From Mytilus edulis (lineage: Eukaryota), in NCBI RefSeq assembly GCF_963676685.1, contig NC_092344.1, positions 90,458,001-90,522,000 of the forward strand: a DNA stretch of 64,000 nucleotides. Reading direction: 5' to 3'. Shown one piece after another: positions 23,578 to 36,161 of the stretch. Below the pieces are notes generated by a model that did no database searches, had not been told where the DNA came from, and saw nothing but the letters and a program-made list of their open reading frames with translations. Both the position numbers and the translations under genes were made by a program. Each line of letters opens with the position of its first letter. The stretch's first letter is position 1.

Positions 23578-26500
23578 TTATTTCGGAGGTAACAAAACTG
23601 TGTCAATGACATGGATGACGCCATTTGTGACGGGTACATTGGCCATGGTAACCTTGGCATCGTTTATCATCACACCACCTGCAAAATAAATAAAAGAAAC
23701 AAATAGAAATTTTAAACAACTTCTTAGAACTGAAAAAAACTTTAGTTTGCAGTAACCATAGGATTAACGAGTTAAACGTATGGCAGAAACTATTGTCAAT
23801 TTTTGGCAACGCAAGTGCCCATATGAAGACAGTACTGTCTTACATTAGCATCTATGCTGCGACATCAAAGGTGTTTCAAACAATCTCCATTTAGTAGAAT
23901 TATAAACAATTAAAAAAATGTTTAATAAACTATCAGACTTTGAATCAATAATGGAGACCTACTGTCTAACAATTCATTAACTGTACACATTTATTGCATA
24001 AATATTTTAAAAGTGAAACAATCGTTTGAATAACTGTCAAGATAATAGAATAAATCCTAGGACAATTCATTGTATTGTATTTTATATATGTGTAACTTAT
24101 ATTACCTGAACTTAATTCTACTTTTACTGATTTGCCCTCTACAGTTGGTACCATTCCGTTTGATAGCCCGACACTGTAGACTGTTCCCTTAACAACATGG
24201 TACGTCAGCACGTCTACAATATAGGATGTAAAAGATTATATATTTTTTTCAAGACATTGCATGTATTATTTCTACTAAAGTGTTTGAAGGACACAAACCA
24301 TGTCCCTCCCACAGCTGTTTATTCTCATTGGTATAATTGATAAAAATTATGATAACACTAAATAGCTTAACTTTTTAAGAAATCAACGAAAGACCAATTT
24401 GGAACAATGCCTACAGATAACAAATAAAGTATCTTCTCTCTTTATTTAGATATTCATAACATTTTCTAAATATACACACACAAACAAACAAACAATTGTT
24501 CATTTATATATGTATGTGCTGTCTCATTGACATTAACCACACCCTGCCCGCCCTATGACGAACTCAAAGCAATTGTACGAAAAATTGTACAACAGATATT
24601 TGATTCTCTATACAAAACACGTATGAATGATTATGATGTATATCATTATCGTTTGTCAAAAAGCAGGTTAACGAAGGATATGGAAATTAATACACCTTAA
24701 AGTTTGACAAGTCTTACCGATGAGAGCTGTCTGGTTCTGTAGAAGTTTGTTAATCGCATCTGGTGGGAGTTTGTTGAATGCTTCATTTGTTGGTGCAAAC
24801 AAAGTAAATGGGCCACCTACAAAACACACATTTTTGTTACTGTAAAGGAAAAATCGAGAGAATTATTTAGCACTGAATTAAGTATAAACCTATTTTCATA
24901 AAACTGGCAGTCAGTGTTAATAGCGTAAATCCCTATACTGGTATTAAAAAATCATTGTATTTGTCAAATAAAGATACAAACATAATTGTATGATATTATT
25001 AAACAACTAGCTCTGGAGTTAGGTATCATTTAAGAAATAAAATGATGAAAACACGTAAACCTTTTTTAAATTGTCCGTTTATAAATTTTGAAATTATAAA
25101 GAAACTAAGGTTTCAACTCCCTCGTGCAAAGTTGACCTTAGCAGTATTTTTTTGTCATATAGCTCTTCAAATGTTTCGGTACTTAAACATCCTCGGATTC
25201 CAAATATTTGGCTTTGAACGTGCTTGATGAAGGTAAATCCAGAAAAGTGCTTCGGACGAATAAAAATATTAAACGTGTTGTTTTCAATTTTTTACAAGGT
25301 AAAAGAATGATAAATTATACTCCTTTTGCATTAAGAGACCTATAGTGACAATTTAATACATGCATGTTCTGTTCATATGTTGCAAGTTATTTTTTTACAG
25401 AAAAATAATAAGCTCTTGCATGTTTTGGGTTTTGATTTATTATTTCGATCTATCTTTCTTTATCTACCGGGAAAGCTATTGCTGTAATGTGTACTGTGTA
25501 AAAGTCAATATATTTGCACATTTGCTTTATGGGTAACTTTCTTGTGAGAACGAAACTCTATCGTTACTTTTCCTTTTATTATTTCCTGATAATGGTGTGA
25601 AATAAAAAAGAATAGACTTGCATACACAAAAACATTGGAACATTTATAGTCATTGATAACAGCTGCGTATATAAATCCCTTTCCTTTCAACATTGGAACA
25701 TTTATAGTGACTGATAACAGCTGCGTATATAAATCCCTTTCCTTTCAACATTGGAACATTTATAGTGACTGATAACAGCTGCGTATATAAATCCCTTTCC
25801 TTTCAACATTTGAACATTTATAGTGATTGATAACAGCTGCGTATTTAAATCCCTTTCCTTTCAACATTTGAACACATATAGTGATTGACTACAGCTGCGT
25901 ATATTAATCCCTTTCCTTTTTTGGACAAAATTAAATACAAAATGATAGTTTTATCCATCCTACCTGATAATGTTGCCCCAAGATTAGCTCTAACTACTGC
26001 GTATACAAGACTCGAAAAATCTTTTTGACTTGCTGCAAACTGTACAATATTTTGAGTTGGGATCTCTGCAAGTACTTGGTCAATGACATGGATGACGCCA
26101 TTTGTTGCATTTTGGTCAGCCAGTACTACCTTGCTCCCATCTACAGCTACTGTCTGTGGGTTTTAAAAAATATGTATGACGCTATTGCGAATTTACAAAA
26201 AGGCACGGATATTCCAAATGCTAATGGGTTTTGTTGAGGAATCTTGATTGTATATCATCTATTTGTTTCTGACATTCTGCTTCAACTTATGATTTAAATA
26301 GCTCCTGTGGTATCTTTTAATCTTTGCTAATACCTAATGGTGTTTTATTTCAAATTGACCATTGTGTATTTGTGTACGTGTTACTGTTTGTTGAACAATT
26401 TGACATGCATCATTATGCATATATATATATATAATTGCTGTCACAACATATTTGCAAACATATTTTATTTTGTTATAAACATCTATGACGTACTTTTTAG

Positions 26501-28935
26501 TATTTTTATGAAATCTCAATGACCGCGATCCCATTTGTGTAAATTCTACTGAGAGAGAATTAATAAAAGAAAATATATGCTAAGCTTTATATTAAGATAA
26601 CAAGATGGGATATAAAATGTCAATAAGACAACTATTCATTAAGACTAAAACATAAAGATGTAATAAATACAAATAAAATTGAAAATGGAAATGGGGAATA
26701 TGTCAAAGAGACAACAGCCCAACCAAAGAGCAGACAACAGCTGAAGGCCACCAATGGGTCTTCAATGTAGCGAGAAACTCCCGTACAGGTTATCGAACCG
26801 TTCTCAACCATGAGCAAGGAACAAACTTACAAATACTACAACAAATGAGGGAAAATATACAACATATGAATGAGTTTTATGACTTTGGACATATACAAAA
26901 AGGTGGTAGAGTTGAACAGGTTTGCGACTTTACAGCCCTAACCTAACATGAACGGTGTTGTAACTCCACAACATAAGAACTGTGATAATGATCAGGAAAG
27001 AGCTTGATTCATCAGAGCACCCAGAGTACAAATAACAAATTACTAAAGACAAAAGACATTTACAGCGGATTTCATTGAGTTTGTAGCGAAAGGTAATAAT
27101 TTTGGTTATTTTGCTTGTTAGCTTAACCGTGAAGTCATTATTAGGTCAGGTATACTGCCCTCCTTTCGAAGTAGCATAGTCCAACAGACAGATAGATTGG
27201 TTTTCTGTCGGACTAATCTATTCTTAAAGTAGGGTAGTTTACCTAACCTAACAATGACTTCACGGTTCAGCTAACAAGCAAGCTAACCTAAGATATTACC
27301 TCTGGCTACGCACTTAATGGAATTCGCTGTAAAGTTATACCGATTACTGAGTACTAGCTGGTTATGCATTTTTTGAATAGATATGAGGAAGATAGAAAAT
27401 GTTTGAAAGCAACAAATTTACCTGTCCGTAAATATTAATTCTAGCTTTTGCACCATTTAGCGTGGTTGCTGTCATATCATTGGTTAATTGACTTGAGTAA
27501 ACTTTACCGCTCAAGACATGGAACAGCAGTACAGACTTCAGCAGTTGTTTGTCATTCATTAATTTATTTAAAACAGCTGGAGGTAAAGCTGCAAAGGCTG
27601 CATCAGTGGGTCCAAATACCGTAAATGGACCTGTAATTTGGAGAACAGCTAAACATTAGTAGACGATAGATACTTTTGTGTAGTAAAACTGCATACAACC
27701 TTGCAGTTTAATTTGGGCTTTCACCATTTTGTTTGCTCTAAATGTTCTTTTATTAGGATACAAAAATTAGACAAGAAATAATTATCATACCAGATCAAAT
27801 GCCTTGTAAGACTTAGCTTTTGTCTGTTTGTACTATGCATGTTGCTACAATGGTAGCTGAATGTTACAATCATCTATAATAAAACGAAGACCTAATATCA
27901 GAAATAACCACTGAAAAATGATAGTTATATATTGAATTTAATAAAACAAAGCCAGGTAATACTAGTAAACATGATGAAGTCTGCTGCTAGAATTTTATAG
28001 CACGTCATACGTATTCCTAATCAGAAGCAAATTTTGCTGGATATTTAAGAGTTGTTTTATTTAGTTTAAAACACATCTTTGATGAAAGGAGAAGGTCCAG
28101 TAAGACCCCTTTTTGGCCCCAAAATATAGCAGTTTTACAAAAATGTTAAAATGTAAACTTTTATTTATTAATTGAACAGTAGAATGCTTCTGTTACATAA
28201 ATATAGGCTGTTTTTGACAATACAATGCACATATATCGGGTACAAGCACCATTAAGTCATGCTCAATCACTGAAATCTTCACAATTCTAGCATTTTAGTT
28301 AAATTTTAGACGGTTTTCGTGTAAAACGAAAGTGGCCGCATTCGTGTTCATCCTTAAAATAAAAATGTAAGTTGTATTTTATGATAATACATAACATATA
28401 TAAAGGTTGAGGATGAACACGGAAGCGGCCCCTTTCATTTTTGACAGAAACCATCTGAAAAGTGGCATTTTTTTGCATATTTGGTAGATTTTTCATATTT
28501 GAGCTTGAATCGGATCGTTTTTAATGACAAAATCAGTTAAAATCATTCACTTATACTAATTGAATCAAATAAAATAGACACGTAAGTGTTTTAAAAAGCA
28601 GTCAAAATCTTTCGTCAGATGAACCTGAAACTTGAGGCCTAAATTGGTCCTTACCGGACCAACTCCTTTTCATGAGGGAAACGTAGTACTAGCATGTTTT
28701 ATACCACAGAGACACCCATCACCATGACTCATTATAAATATTTGATATTTATTTCTTCTTTAATTTCCATTAAAAGTGAAAGAATATATGACTAACCTTG
28801 ACCGGACAAAGTATCAGCAAGTCCTGCATCTGTGACTAATTTTACAAGAGTTTTAGCACCAAGTTTTTCTGCAAGTTCTGGTATTGTCTGCGCATTTGAA
28901 AGCACAAAACAGACCACTAACAAGATCATTTTCAT
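23578..28935 (-). CDS. Secreted two-FAS1-domain fasciclin protein, copy 2, 281 aa
   Basis: Exons 28935-28797, 27630-27422, 26153-25964, 24816-24718, 24213-24106, 23678-23578; 846 nt open, stop TAA. Signal peptide MKMILLVVCFVLSNA; motifs GPFTVFGPTDAAF, NGVIHVIDQVL, GPFTLFAPTNEAF, NGVIHVIDTVLLPPK. Confidence 0.95.
25631..25920. repeat. 58-bp minisatellite, 5 copies, in intron 3 of FAS1 copy 2
   Basis: Unit AACATTGGAACATTTATAGTGACTGATAACAGCTGCGTATATAAATCCCTTTCCTTTC starting at 25631, 25689, 25747, 25805, 25863. Confidence 0.95.
27063..27329. mobile_element. Tc1/mariner-like MITE, imperfect foldback over its whole length, in intron 2 of FAS1 copy 2
   Basis: TA|CAGCGGATTTCATT ... ATGGAATTCGCTG|TA; arms pair over ~125 nt (GCTTGTTAGCTTAACCGTGAAGTCATT with AATGACTTCACGGTTCAGCTAACAAGC). 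Confidence 0.75.
28085..28669. mobile_element. MITE with imperfect TIRs (Kolobok-like) in intron 1 of FAS1 copy 2
   Basis: AAAGGAGAAGGTCCAGTAAG ... CTTACCGGACCAACTCCTTT; not seen in the paralogous intron of copy 3; TSD unclear. Confidence 0.65.
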
Positions 28936-28989
28936 GGTGCCAGTTATTTAATTATTCAACGTTAATAATCTCATTTGATTCGATATTCC

Positions 28990-28996
28990 TTTTATA
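28990..28996 (-). promoter_or_regulatory. TATA box of FAS1 copy 2
   Basis: TATAAAAGG about 55 nt upstream of the ATG; conserved at the same spacing in copy 3. Confidence 0.65.
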
Positions 28997-29669
28997 TTCA
29001 AAATTGCACGTTTCCATTCAGACGACATGCTGATAACAGAAACAATTGTATAACATTGCTTTGGTAACACATGTGACAAGCAGTTTGACATAATAGTTAA
29101 GACACAAAGATTCCTCTGTCAAATCCATAAATAAAGTATGACCTTATACGAGGTTAGGTACTTTTTAGTTCTGATGTCCTCAAATGCTTTATTTATTTGA
29201 TTCACGTACTTTTAATGTCGAGCGTACCTTATGAAGGATGTATTTATTTATTGAAATTTGATCTTTAGATTAATGAATTCTCCCTCATGTATAGCTCTGA
29301 TTTTTCTTATCCGATTTTGGATGTATACTTTTTGGCCTTTTTTATCAGCTCTTCCACGTTCGTTTCATTAGGTTTTGAAAATTTTGCATTAGATTTAATG
29401 ATTTCTTTTTTCTAAAATGTGCATTGATCTTCAGCATTAAATTGATACCGTTAATGTTGATATTGCAGAAAAATATGTACACTGGAGTTAGTATCTTAGC
29501 GCTAATTTTACCTATAGTACTTCTTGTACATAAGTATTGCTATGATATAAAATAAAACTTTGCATATTAACTTGTTTGTGTTAAACAAGCACACTCTTAC
29601 TCAAACATTTGTCATTGAACAAGTCTACTTTGATTTATAAACAACTTTAACTTATCAAGTATTTTTTAA

Positions 29670-30340
29670 CCTTTTCAACTTTTGATCTTCAGTGTTGTAC
29701 AACTTTGTACTTTTTTCACTTTCGATCTTTTATATCTGGGCGTCACTTGTAAGTCTTGTGTGGACAAGGCGCGTTTTTGGCGTATTGAATTTTAAACCTG
29801 ATGCTTTTTGTTATCTATTAATCATGTTTTTCTTTGTCTAATATGTTCTATTAATTTGTATTGTAGTCCTGTAATATTATGTTGTCATTTCAATGTTATA
29901 TTTAACTTTGCCATTAAAGTGCGAGGTTTGGCATGCCACAAAACCAGGTTCAACCCACCACTTTTATTCCCCCTTTAAAAGTGTCCTGTACCAAGTCAGG
30001 TAGATGGCCATTGTTATATTATTGTTCGTTTCTGTGTGTGTTGCATTTTAACGTTGAGTCGTTTGTGTTTTCTCTTATTTTGAGAAATTGAGATAAGACG
30101 TGGCACGGTACTTGTCTATCCCAAATTCATGTATTTGGTTTTCATGTTATATTTGTTATTCTCGTGGTGTTTTGTCTGATGCTTGGTCCGTTTCTGTGTG
30201 TGTTACGTTTCGGTGTTATGTCGTTGTTCTCCTCTTATATTTAATGCGTTTCCCTCGGTTTTAGTTTGTTACCCCGATTTTGTTTTTTGTCCATGGATTT
30301 ATGAGTTTTGAACAGCGGTATACTACTGTTGCCTTTATTT
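29670..30340 (+). mobile_element. Non-autonomous element with a decayed hammerhead-like motif near the 5' end and GAACAGCGGTATACTACTGTTGCCTTTATTT at the 3' end
   Basis: Its last ~250 bp are highly similar to 45197-45448; 29740-29785 reads GCGTCA-CTTGTAA-GTCTTGTGTGGAC-AAGG-CGCGTTTTTGGCGTA, with hammerhead stems retained and core mutated. Confidence 0.6.
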
Positions 30341-31084
30341 AAATATAACCCGAAGAACAATAACTATAATATTGTGAGAAATTTAAGAAACATGTGTTGA
30401 GCTATTCACATTATTCAACGATTGGCAATAAATATGTGTGTATAATCTCAGAATCATGCTAATGCGGGCATACTTAAACACAGGTTTCATAATCACTAAC
30501 TAGATAAAGTTGAACACATGTATGATCTCTCATCGTATTTGTCTGGTTAAATTCCGTTGATTTGGGAATTTACTAGAAGTAGGTGTCATTGCTTGTGAAC
30601 TCCACGTTCAAATAATTTGTCAGTGCTATAGTTTTGGATTAGAGTGAAAAGTTTAGAAAGAAAGATTTACGATATATTGAGTTTATAGATATTTTTCTAA
30701 TGTATGTAGCTTAAGGGTTTGGTTTACTTGCTAGCTTTGTATGTATAAATGTTTGTTCAGCATTGTAATTGAGATCGACATATGCAATCAGTAGATAGGC
30801 AGGCCATCAACGTGTATAATATTATTGGATGCTTGAGGAAACATTCATACTACAAAGCAATCAAGCCAATAAAACCTTTTAACTACATGCATTAGAAAAA
30901 AAGAAAGACATACTGCCCAATGAACATGTGTTCTTTAATTGTTATGATGTCCTTTTGTTCGCATTTAGGTTTATATAAGACTTGAATGTGTATTTTGTTT
31001 TTAGCCTTTTTAATATATGATTTCCACTCTATAAATAAAGTATTGAAGTGTTTCTACGGGTCAACACATATATTTTTGGTATAT

Positions 31085-31460
31085 TTGATTGTCGAAATAC
31101 GCATCTGGTACCGATATATGAGTATCGGTTACGCTATTTCTATCACTGGGTCGTGGTCTCTGCTGGCGGAATGATAGGCCCATAGGGTATCACCAGCACA
31201 TTAGCCAGCACTTCGGTACTGGAATGAAAATACGGATTTTGTGTTACTAAAATTTGCTGTTACAAAATTTGAACATTATTTAAAATAAAGGAATGCATCT
31301 CCATCAAGCACGAGAACTGATTTTTTTGACCGACTTGGGCTATACATTTTGTCCTTTTTGGTTATAGCTCTTCATCTTTTTTATAAGCTTCGGATTTTCA
31401 AATATTTTTGATATAATAAATTGTTGAAATGCGCATTTGGTGCGGAAAATTGGTACCGTT
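31085..31460 (+). mobile_element. Unit-length (~335 bp) decayed retrozyme-like monomer bounded by two hammerhead 3' halves
   Basis: GTCGAAATACGCATCTGGT at 31091 recurs as TTGAAATGCGCATTTGGTGC at ~31424; body has GGGTATCACCAGC...CAGCACTTCGGT and TATAGCTCTTCATCTTTT, the latter shared with 16910-17060(-). Confidence 0.65.
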
Positions 31461-33095
31461 TACATTATCATAATCCATTTTTTTGGTTTTGATCATGACT
31501 GAAGAGGTGTTAATTGAAAGTTTCAGTAATGTGTTCTCGTCAGTACACATATCTGTCTTTATGAAATGTAAATTGAATAATAGCAAAACATACATAACAT
31601 GATTCGAATCCAAATTGTTTCAGGAATGTGATACTAAAAAGGAATATAATTTAAAATGGTGTTTGAGCTTTCTTAACCTTTTCCATGAACGTGCATAATG
31701 AAAGTTATTCTAGTGTCCGTTTATTTTTTAAAACATATTTTCCGACAAGCAGAGACGCATTTACGATTTGCTTACGCACTCTGCTGTTTTCTTCTACAGG
31801 TGCAATCTTACTGTGCCATTAATTTCATGTGTAATCTGTCACCTTCCATTACCTTGGTCTCAATCCAGTTGAAGTTCATAATCACCATGGCCTCGTCTAT
31901 TTTTACTGGAACTTATTAAGGTTCTACTTACTTTGGTCAAATGTCTTTATTCAAGTGTGTAAACAACTCAAAAACCTTTAATGGTTTGTTATAATTGCTA
32001 CCAATTTCCAACCTCCAATTTTACATTTTCAAATAATTTATCTTTTTTGACTGGTTTAACTGATAACTGCAAGCATTTCTGATGAATGTTAATCCATAAA
32101 TGTAATCTAACATAGCAAACTAAAAGCGTTGAACATGCATGATTCACTGCTTTAATGTATATATCATTGTGTCTTTTTTTTGGTTTGCTTTTTTGCCTAT
32201 ATATATCTTAAAATGTTCCAATGCGTGTCCCAAGTATATATGTCAATATAAACATATTTGTTTTGCAACCTCCTGAATATGTTCCAATTTCATATTCCTC
32301 ATTTCAAAATGCAAATTAGGCCATTACATTATTTTAGTATTTTTTTAAATGTCGAATTTATTCTTTTAGAATTTAAACTGTAATCTCTGAATTATTGACT
32401 TTAATCGTGAAATAATGAACTTTGCTCTTGATATTTGTATCATAAATCTCATTCATTATTAACTCAAATCATCTATTTTTATTTTTTTAAATTTCACTAA
32501 GCAGTCATTTTCGGAAACAGTTTTTTTAAGACAAATACCAAAAAACTTTAGATTTCAAAAACATGGTGATTTAAATTTGGAAATTTGGCAAATTTCTTAG
32601 AAAAGGGGGGCGAAAGATACTAGAGAGACATCTAAACTCATAGATAAAAAACAAACTGACACCATGGCTAAAAAAGAAAAAAAAACCAAACAGACAAACA
32701 AATACTAGTACACAAAGACACAACATAGAAAACTAAAGACTAAGCAACACGAACCCCACCAAAAACTGGGGTGATCTCATGTGCTCAACATGTGGCACCC
32801 GTCGTGTAATCTTCAAGGATATTTGCCAAAGTTAAAATGTATATTTTCTAAAAGAAAATTGTTTCAAATTGAATAAAATGAAGTTGATAATTCCTAAAAT
32901 AAAGTTGCCAGCATCAAACTAAGATAGCAGTTGCAAAATACAAGTAAACATTTGATTTTTTTTTTGTACATAACACGTTTCCGTAGCGTACACAACTTTT
33001 GGGGTTAATGCACAGTTGGCAACTCTCATTGGCAATCATGTCACGTATCCTTATTTTTATATTCGGAGATATAGACTTCTTAACTTTACCTTAGT

Positions 33096-33151
33096 GATTT
33101 AAATAGAGATTAATACATGGCCTTTTCCATGTATTAATCTCTATTTAAATC
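33096..33151. repeat. Perfect 25-bp inverted repeat with a 6-nt spacer
   Basis: GATTTAAATAGAGATTAATACATGG-cctttt-CCATGTATTAATCTCTATTTAAATC. Confidence 0.9.
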
Positions 33152-34597
33152 GACCCGGGTGTCATCCCGAGACGGAGTCGAGGTGCTGATATGGGTCAAG
33201 GGATGATGCCCGGGCCATGTATTAATCTCCTTATCATATACTTCCGACAATTGTTTTATGTAAGGCAAATAACAAATGAAACAACTAAAGCAGTCTAAAA
33301 CTTTACAAAGAAGTCAAATTATGCATCCAGTATAAAATACTCTATAATTGTCCAACAATAGCAGATCCTGTAAATCGGATAAACTATCATCATTGAGAAA
33401 ATATATATCATTGGATTTTCATGTTTACATCTGTTTTTCAATAACAGCTGCTTTTACCACTGGATCAAATACACCTTATAGCTCTCCGTCCGCTATTAAT
33501 GTTCACAAAAGTCCCGTAAAACGTCATAATAAAAAAAACATCTGACGCCACAATGGAATTTTTTTTGTTATTCTATTTAACGATTAACGTGCAGTAAAAT
33601 ACATTTTGTTAACGTCTGTGTTATTATCGCCGCCATCTTGTTTACATTGGTTACGAAAAGAAGTTCGGTCAACGTCGTCTATCGAAAAATAACCAACGTC
33701 AAAATCAACTACCGGAAGTCCTCTCGACCAATCTTATCAACGTATTCCCTAATAGTCAAATCATAGAAAAATTATTTCATGTTAACACAGAAGTGCTGAC
33801 TACTAGACTGGAGATAACATTAGGGAAGAAACGTCACCTACTGGTGGTTGTAAAAACTCATTAAAATTACCAGGCTTAAAATGTGTGATATATACACATT
33901 ATATGAACATTTCCATTTTACGAATAACGTGTATAGATAATATCAAATCAAACGTTTTAAAATAGAGGGATGAATAAAAGCAACAGTAGTATGCTGGTGT
34001 TCATAATTCATAAATCGATTGAGAAAAAACAAATCCAGATTACAAACCAAAACCGAAAAACGAATTATTAGATAATAACTGCCATATTCCATGATACAAA
34101 CCAATAACAAAGAGACATGTCCTTTTAACTTTCTGCCGTCTTGTTTCCACTTGAAGCGCAACTCATGGTTTTTACTTAGACCGAAACCCGTTGCCAAAAT
34201 CAGAAGCATTGTATCGTGGATGGTATATTTTATCCAGAGGCTTACAAGAAAACAAATATAAATGGCGAAGGCTGTTCAGTGACGTTACGTTGCTTGTACT
34301 TCTTTTGATCTCTGATGGAGAGTTTTCTCTTAGACAACCATGCAACATCATATTTTATATATATAAGCAGCGAACAATTAAAACATGAGTTGTATTCGGT
34401 GTTCAGTAAGAAAGAGTATTTATAGTCAGCTACGCTTACGATTTGGTTGTTCGAAGTTATTCAACCTTTAGCTGTGTGTGCTGTTTTTGTAAGATATTTT
34501 GTTTTTTGTTTGTTTTTGGCATCCCTTTTAACCTTGTTGTCGAATGCCCCCTTCGTATCTTTGTCCCTATTTCGTGATGCCGAGTGGTCAAATTTAC

Positions 34598-35579
34598 AGA
34601 CTCAGATCGACGTCCGGCCTCTAATTGACGTCCGTTTCTCAAATCGACGTCCAAATCTGACGTCAAATTCTCAAATCGACGTCCAATATTTTGATACTCT
34701 AATCGACGTCAAATGTGACGGCATGTATTGACAAAACTACGTCCGATTGGTTGTAGTCGTCTTTAATCAATGTCCAATATCAATAATTTATAAAGTACTG
34801 GACTTAATTGCTTACACTTATACATGTACATGTTTGTATGGTTTAAACATTTATACATAATTTCCATATAGATGTTTTTGAACCCAGAATAGGTATCATG
34901 CATATTAAAGTTTCTCTCGATAAAAAGTTAATCGAATCGATCTTCATTGTGGTGTGTCATTCATATTCATGATAATAAATGGTTTGTGTCTGTCATATTT
35001 GTTTTTCGGATTTTTTTAACAAATAAGACCGTCAATTTTATAATTTGATTTGTTCACATTATTCATACCACATCTCCTTATTTTCATGTAATCTCTAAAA
35101 ATTAAAAAAAATGATATCACAACCGGTTTACATATTTAGTCTAGTATGACAATGTTATAATGCCTATATCACAGGCAGTTTTGAATTGCTACCATTATTC
35201 ATGTCATACCACATCTCCTTATTTTCATGTAATCTCTAAAAATAAAAAAATGATATCACAACCTGTTTACATATTAAGTCTAGTATGATAATGTTATAAA
35301 TCTTTAACAAAAAAAAAACCCATTTAAAAAAAAATAGATCCTATTTGTCACACAGGAAATGTTCAAAGGTCTAAAGATTTCGGCTGCTGTCGGTTCTGGT
35401 CAACTTTCTATTTTGTGTCCAAACCGGACGTTGATTAGAGAGGCTAAAAATTGGCCATCGATTAGATAAGCGAAAACATGGACGTCGATAAGATAAGCAT
35501 ACAATTGGACGTCGATTTGGAATGTTATTTTATTGTGACATCAGATAAGAGATTAGAGACCGGACGTCGATCTGAGTCT
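34598..35579. mobile_element. Non-autonomous TIR element with arrays of GACGTC subterminal motifs
   Basis: TIR AGACTCAGATCGACGTCCGG; 3-bp TSD TAC (34595-34597 and 35580-35582); internal ~140-bp-period duplication at 35065-35300; an inverted copy of the left end follows at ~35650-36012. Confidence 0.75.
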
Positions 35580-36161
35580 TACATATATAGGTCGTTTTAT
35601 TTTCTTTGACTTTGGGTTCTTATTCACGTATTCTCACATGCCATTTATCAATGTGCAAGTACATGTATAAGTGTAAGTACAGCAATTTATCATTTTACTA
35701 TTAATTTATATTGGACATCGATTAGAGAAGACTTCGTGTTTGTGTTGTGTACTATTGTTTTTCTGTTTGTCCTTTTCATTTTTAGCCATGGCGTTGTCAG
35801 TTTATTGTCGATTTATGAGTTAGACTGTCCCTCTGGTATCTTTCGTCCCTCTTTTTCAATCAATCGGACGTCGTTTTGGAAATACATGAAGGCACATTGG
35901 ACGTCGATTAGAGAATTAAACAATTGGACATCGATTTGAGAATGTGACGTCAGATTTGGACGTCGATTTGAGGAACGGATGTCGATAAGAGACCGGACGT
36001 CGATCTGAGTCTAACATATATACCAGTTCCATTGCTTCAATCTATCAAAACATTAACAATTCTATTCAAGTTATGAATTTATTTTAATATACTTAAAACA
36101 TTAACTAAATATATAACAATTTACAATAGAACTTTATTTACAATAACATTATCATGTTTTC

